The translations under genes were made by a program, and so were the position numbers. The notes beneath the pieces were generated by a model, which was not told the origin of the DNA, did no database searches, and was given only the letters and a program-made list of their open reading frames with translations. DNA of 64,000 nucleotides. Source: an uncultured Actinomycetota bacterium. Its GTDB lineage: Bacteria > Actinomycetota > Actinomycetes > JAHEKZ01. Position 1 is the stretch's first letter, and each line of letters opens with the position of its first letter. The DNA lies in NCBI GenBank assembly GCA_963706045.1, contig CAVPLY010000011.1, positions 87,536-151,535 of the forward strand. The letters run 5' to 3'. This document shows, piece after piece, positions 61,515 through 64,000 of this stretch.

Positions 61515-62798
61515 TCAGTAGGTGACCTTTAGGCGGACCACAAGCCCTGCGCGTGAAGCTTCCCCAGTGGCGAGTAGTCTTCCTTGGGCATCGACGGCGA
61601 GTTCGTACACAGTGTCCCACCCCCGGGCCAGGTCCGGAATGAAGATCCCGTTTCGGCCGAAAGTGCGGTCGATGGCACCACCAGGGGTTATCCGGAGCAG
61701 AACGGCCTTGTCGATGTAGTTGTCCCGGTCGACACCAATCGTCGCGAACGCGTAGCTGCCGTCCGGCAAGAGGGCGCCACTTTCGGCGGAGCTGACCAGC
61801 CGACGATCTGTACTCACAAACGCCACACCGTCCCTGGAGTAACTCGGGTCAAGGACGCCGCTGCTGAGCAACCGGTGAACGGCGAATCGAGTATTGGAGC
61901 TGGCTGGAGTCTTGGAACCGACGACAATATCGTCGGCGGGGGTCACATCGAGGTCGACTGGCCAGATCGCCGCCCCGGATGGTAGCCGGAGGTCGGCTCG
62001 CCCTGAACTGTTGAACGTCGCGTCCCGCTGACCGGAGGTCGTGAGTCGGATCACCGATGCGGTGCTGGTCGGATTCCCTCGCCGATCCGCGATGCTCGAC
62101 AGGACGACCGGACGGTCCTGCGAGTCCACAGCCAGCCCAGTCACTTCAAGGGCCCGTGCGAACTTCAAGTAGACCTGACCGCGAGTTCCAAATGATCGGA
62201 CGATGGTTCCCGCTGGACTCAACTTGGTCACCACGATGCTCGAGCGGAAGGGCTTCTTGCTCACCATGTTGTCGCTGGCGAAGTAAGCGTTGCCGACGGA
62301 GTCTGTGGCCGCCTGTACGTAGCCTCGGGAGATGTGGGACTGAGGCAGGACCCGGTAGCCGCCTGCGAACGACTGATCGACCCGGCCATTGCTACGGAGC
62401 CGGAAGACCAGAGCCTTTCGACGGTTCTGGCCGGCGACGAGAAGTCCGCCAGAGGAAAGCGCGACCCCATCCAGAAGCCACGTGTCGCGGTCCTTCGACA
62501 TGCGGAAAATGCCGTCACCGCTGAACGTACTGTCGAGGCGACCTCGGTTGGTGTAGGCCGCTACCAGACCCCGATCTGACGTTCTGGTCGACGTCGAACC
62601 GAGGGCGTACACCCGCCCATTCGCGGCAGGCACCACCTGCCACCAGATCTCCCTGGTGTCGGCGATGCTGAGTGCTGCCACACCGTCCCTGCTGAACGTC
62701 CGATCGAGCGTCGGGTTACCGTTCGCACCCCACGCCACCGGGAGCAAACTGAGCGACACCAGCCCCACACCCACCAACACCAGCCCACGGGATCTCAT
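61515..62798 (-). CDS. Secreted delta-60 repeat protein (7-bladed beta-propeller type)
   Basis: GAGGAGG RBS. Signal peptide MRSRGLVLVGVGLVSLSLLPVAWG. Seven repeats of about 55-60 aa, of the form G.LD.(S/T)F..DG (PTLDRTFSRDG, GRLDSTFSGDG, GRVDQSFAGG, GVLDPSYSRDG, GAIDRTFGRNG...). Confidence 0.75.
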   Translation of the reverse strand: MRSRGLVLVGVGLVSLSLLPVAWGANGNPTLDRTFSRDGVAALSIADTREIWWQVVPAANGRVYALGSTSTRTSDRGLVAAYTNRGRLDSTFSGDGIFRMSKDRDTWLLDGVALSSGGLLVAGQNRRKALVFRLRSNGRVDQSFAGGYRVLPQSHISRGYVQAATDSVGNAYFASDNMVSKKPFRSSIVVTKLSPAGTIVRSFGTRGQVYLKFARALEVTGLAVDSQDRPVVLSSIADRRGNPTSTASVIRLTTSGQRDATFNSSGRADLRLPSGAAIWPVDLDVTPADDIVVGSKTPASSNTRFAVHRLLSSGVLDPSYSRDGVAFVSTDRRLVSSAESGALLPDGSYAFATIGVDRDNYIDKAVLLRITPGGAIDRTFGRNGIFIPDLARGWDTVYELAVDAQGRLLATGEASRAGLVVRLKVTY

Positions 62799-63086
62799 GA
62801 CGACCTCCTCGTAGCAACGGCCACGACAACCCCCTCGGTGCAAAGATCAGCCCACACGAAGGCACCTGCCAGAGGCGAAAGACCCCACCGGCTCCGTCGG
62901 CGGCAACTACAGCAACTCCGGGACGGCGACGGTGGACTACTGCGCAGGGTCATCGCTGGTGGCTACTCGGTGCCCCAGCTCGTCCGGGTCACCGAACTCC
63001 TCTACCAGGGATGCCCCACTGCTGCCTGGTCACCCGGACCAGAAGTCGTCAGTACGTCCAGGCTGCAGACGTGTGAACGGCGATGC

Positions 63087-63317
63087 CTAGGGCCAACTCT
63101 CAGTCCAGGATATTGCACCGCACAGCGCTCGCGAGCTGACGTGCTTGAGCACGGTTTGCACAGCGCTCAGCGGCTCATAGTGCGCGACTATCTGGACTGA
63201 GATTCGACGCGGGGAATGATCATTTGGCCCCGCCCGCTCGATCTCGTGTGGTCGCATGTTCAGCCAGGCGAGAGCGCCGTCGCCGATCGGGTCGACGCGC
63301 CACGCCTGCCTAGTCAT
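63087..63317 (-). CDS. Hypothetical 76-aa ORF spanning repeat copy B (doubtful)
   Basis: Third-position G+C is elevated in 63211-63317, but there is no RBS. The ORF crosses the repeat, and the opposite strand reads an rpoD-like tail. Confidence 0.25.
   Translation of the reverse strand: MTRQAWRVDPIGDGALAWLNMRPHEIERAGPNDHSPRRISVQIVAHYEPLSAVQTVLKHVSSRALCGAISWTESWP
63178..63210 (+). repeat. Copy B of the rpoD-terminus repeat
   Basis: TAGTGCGCGACTATCTGGACTGAGATTCGACGCG. 23/24 identical to copy A over the first 24 nt. It encodes VRDYLD-stop on the plus strand. Confidence 0.7.
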
Positions 63318-63358
63318 GGCGCGACCGTAGCCAGTGGGATCTGACTGACTGAGGGCTC

Positions 63359-63853
63359 CTAGACCCACCGGGGATCCTTACGCTCCGATAGGCCACAGAA
63401 AGTGAGCCAAGCCCCTCCGGTAAGCCACACCAGTGGCCAGACGAAGTCGAATCCCGACCAGCCGGCGGTGACGTTCTCTGGGTCGTTGGGGTCGTAGGTG
63501 ATATCCACCTGGTCGCCGATCTGGACGCTGTATCCAGGATCGACATCGGCTTGGTAGGTGACCCCATCAACCCGGTATTCAACCGTGGGGACTCGGTCTT
63601 CCGACCAGAAGTCGTAGTGCGTGCTGAGAACCACCGCGGCTGTCTTCTCGCCTCCCCGGACCAGCGAAACGGCATCCATCAGCATCGATCCCCCCAGAAC
63701 GAGGCACGCTGCGCCGGCGAGGACCAAGCCAATCCACTTGCGCGACGTCTCGACGGGGGAGTGAGCCTTCCTTCCAGTGGCCGCGTTGAGCCGAGAGAGC
63801 GTTTGCTCCGGTGTCTCACCGGTCACCCTTCGGTGTCGGTTGATGAGGCTCAT
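63359..63853 (-). CDS. DUF3592 domain membrane protein
   Basis: AAGGAGG RBS with ATG 63853. TM helix, then VVLSTHYDFWSEDRVPTVEYRVDGVTYQADVDPGYSVQIGDQVDITYDPNDP, then a C-terminal TM helix. Confidence 0.7.
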   Translation of the reverse strand: MSLINRHRRVTGETPEQTLSRLNAATGRKAHSPVETSRKWIGLVLAGAACLVLGGSMLMDAVSLVRGGEKTAAVVLSTHYDFWSEDRVPTVEYRVDGVTYQADVDPGYSVQIGDQVDITYDPNDPENVTAGWSGFDFVWPLVWLTGGAWLTFCGLSERKDPRWV

Positions 63854-64000
63854 GGCACACCCCTCCTTACGATGGTGCGCAGGGATCCCAACGCCCGCTA
63901 GGGCCGTTTGTCCCGCTCGCACATCTGACTAACGGACCTTGTCTGGGCTGAATGTCGCCATCGTCGTGGGGCTGCGCTGGTCGCGAGATACCGGATGCAC

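Larger units (their letters stand above)
60107..63182. mobile_element. Putative tandem inserted cassettes bounded by rpoD-terminus repeats (no recombinase seen in the window)
   Basis: Three same-strand copies of a motif of about 30 nt delimit two single-gene segments. Base composition and codon third positions are visibly less G+C-rich than the DNA left of rpoD. Confidence 0.3.

Noticed and set aside
62838-63200. Plus-strand ORF of 120 aa ending ...HSAQRLIVRDYLD, considered as a functional gene or sigma-factor fragment.
   Set aside because: Only the last roughly 6-13 residues resemble the sigma-70 C-terminus. The rest is Cys/Arg-rich with no region 4 HTH. I interpret it as a repeat copy of the rpoD terminus rather than a coding gene. 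A degraded sigma remnant cannot be fully excluded without a search.

Overview
This is a high-G+C actinobacterial chromosome segment with about 60 genes. No rRNA, tRNA, CRISPR array, transposase or integrase was recognised. The gene order follows the conserved core block known from Mycobacterium tuberculosis (Rv2754c to Rv2703): thyX-dapA-rnj-ftsK-rimO-pgsA-cinA(C-terminal)-clgR, then lhr, recA-recX, miaB-miaA-dapF-hflX, dinG, lexA next to a LysM gene, nrdR-nrdJ, and finally the principal sigma factor rpoD. Small blocks of accessory genes are interspersed: GGDEF proteins, secreted beta-propellers, an ArsR-SRPBCC pair, agmatinase, methyltransferases, DM13, an MsrPQ-like pair, and DUF4192.

Three points stand out.

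1. **Interrupted genes.** At least 15 single-nucleotide frame breaks and one in-frame TAG interrupt genes that otherwise look intact. These include essential or core genes: dapA, and lhr three times. Several breaks lie in G/C homopolymers of 5-7 nt. This pattern fits assembly indel error better than real gene decay. The exception is a PAS-GGDEF gene that looks genuinely decayed.

2. **DNA-damage regulatory sites.** LexA boxes (TCGAAC-N4-GTTCGA) lie upstream of recA and in the lexA/LysM intergenic region. RecA-NDp/PafBC-type motifs (TGTCAGTGGC-N6-TAnnnT) lie upstream of recA and the LysM gene, with weaker candidates in leaderless geometry at lhr and dinG.

3. **Repeats after rpoD.** Immediately after rpoD the DNA becomes visibly less G+C-rich. 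The last six rpoD codons, the stop codon and about 10 nt of downstream sequence recur twice more as direct repeats. These repeats bracket two single-gene cassettes, a C45 acyltransferase and a delta-60 propeller. The layout looks like serial site-specific insertion into the 3' end of the principal sigma factor gene. I consider this the most novel candidate in the window.

All functional calls rest on motif and family recognition by eye and on synteny. No database search was run.
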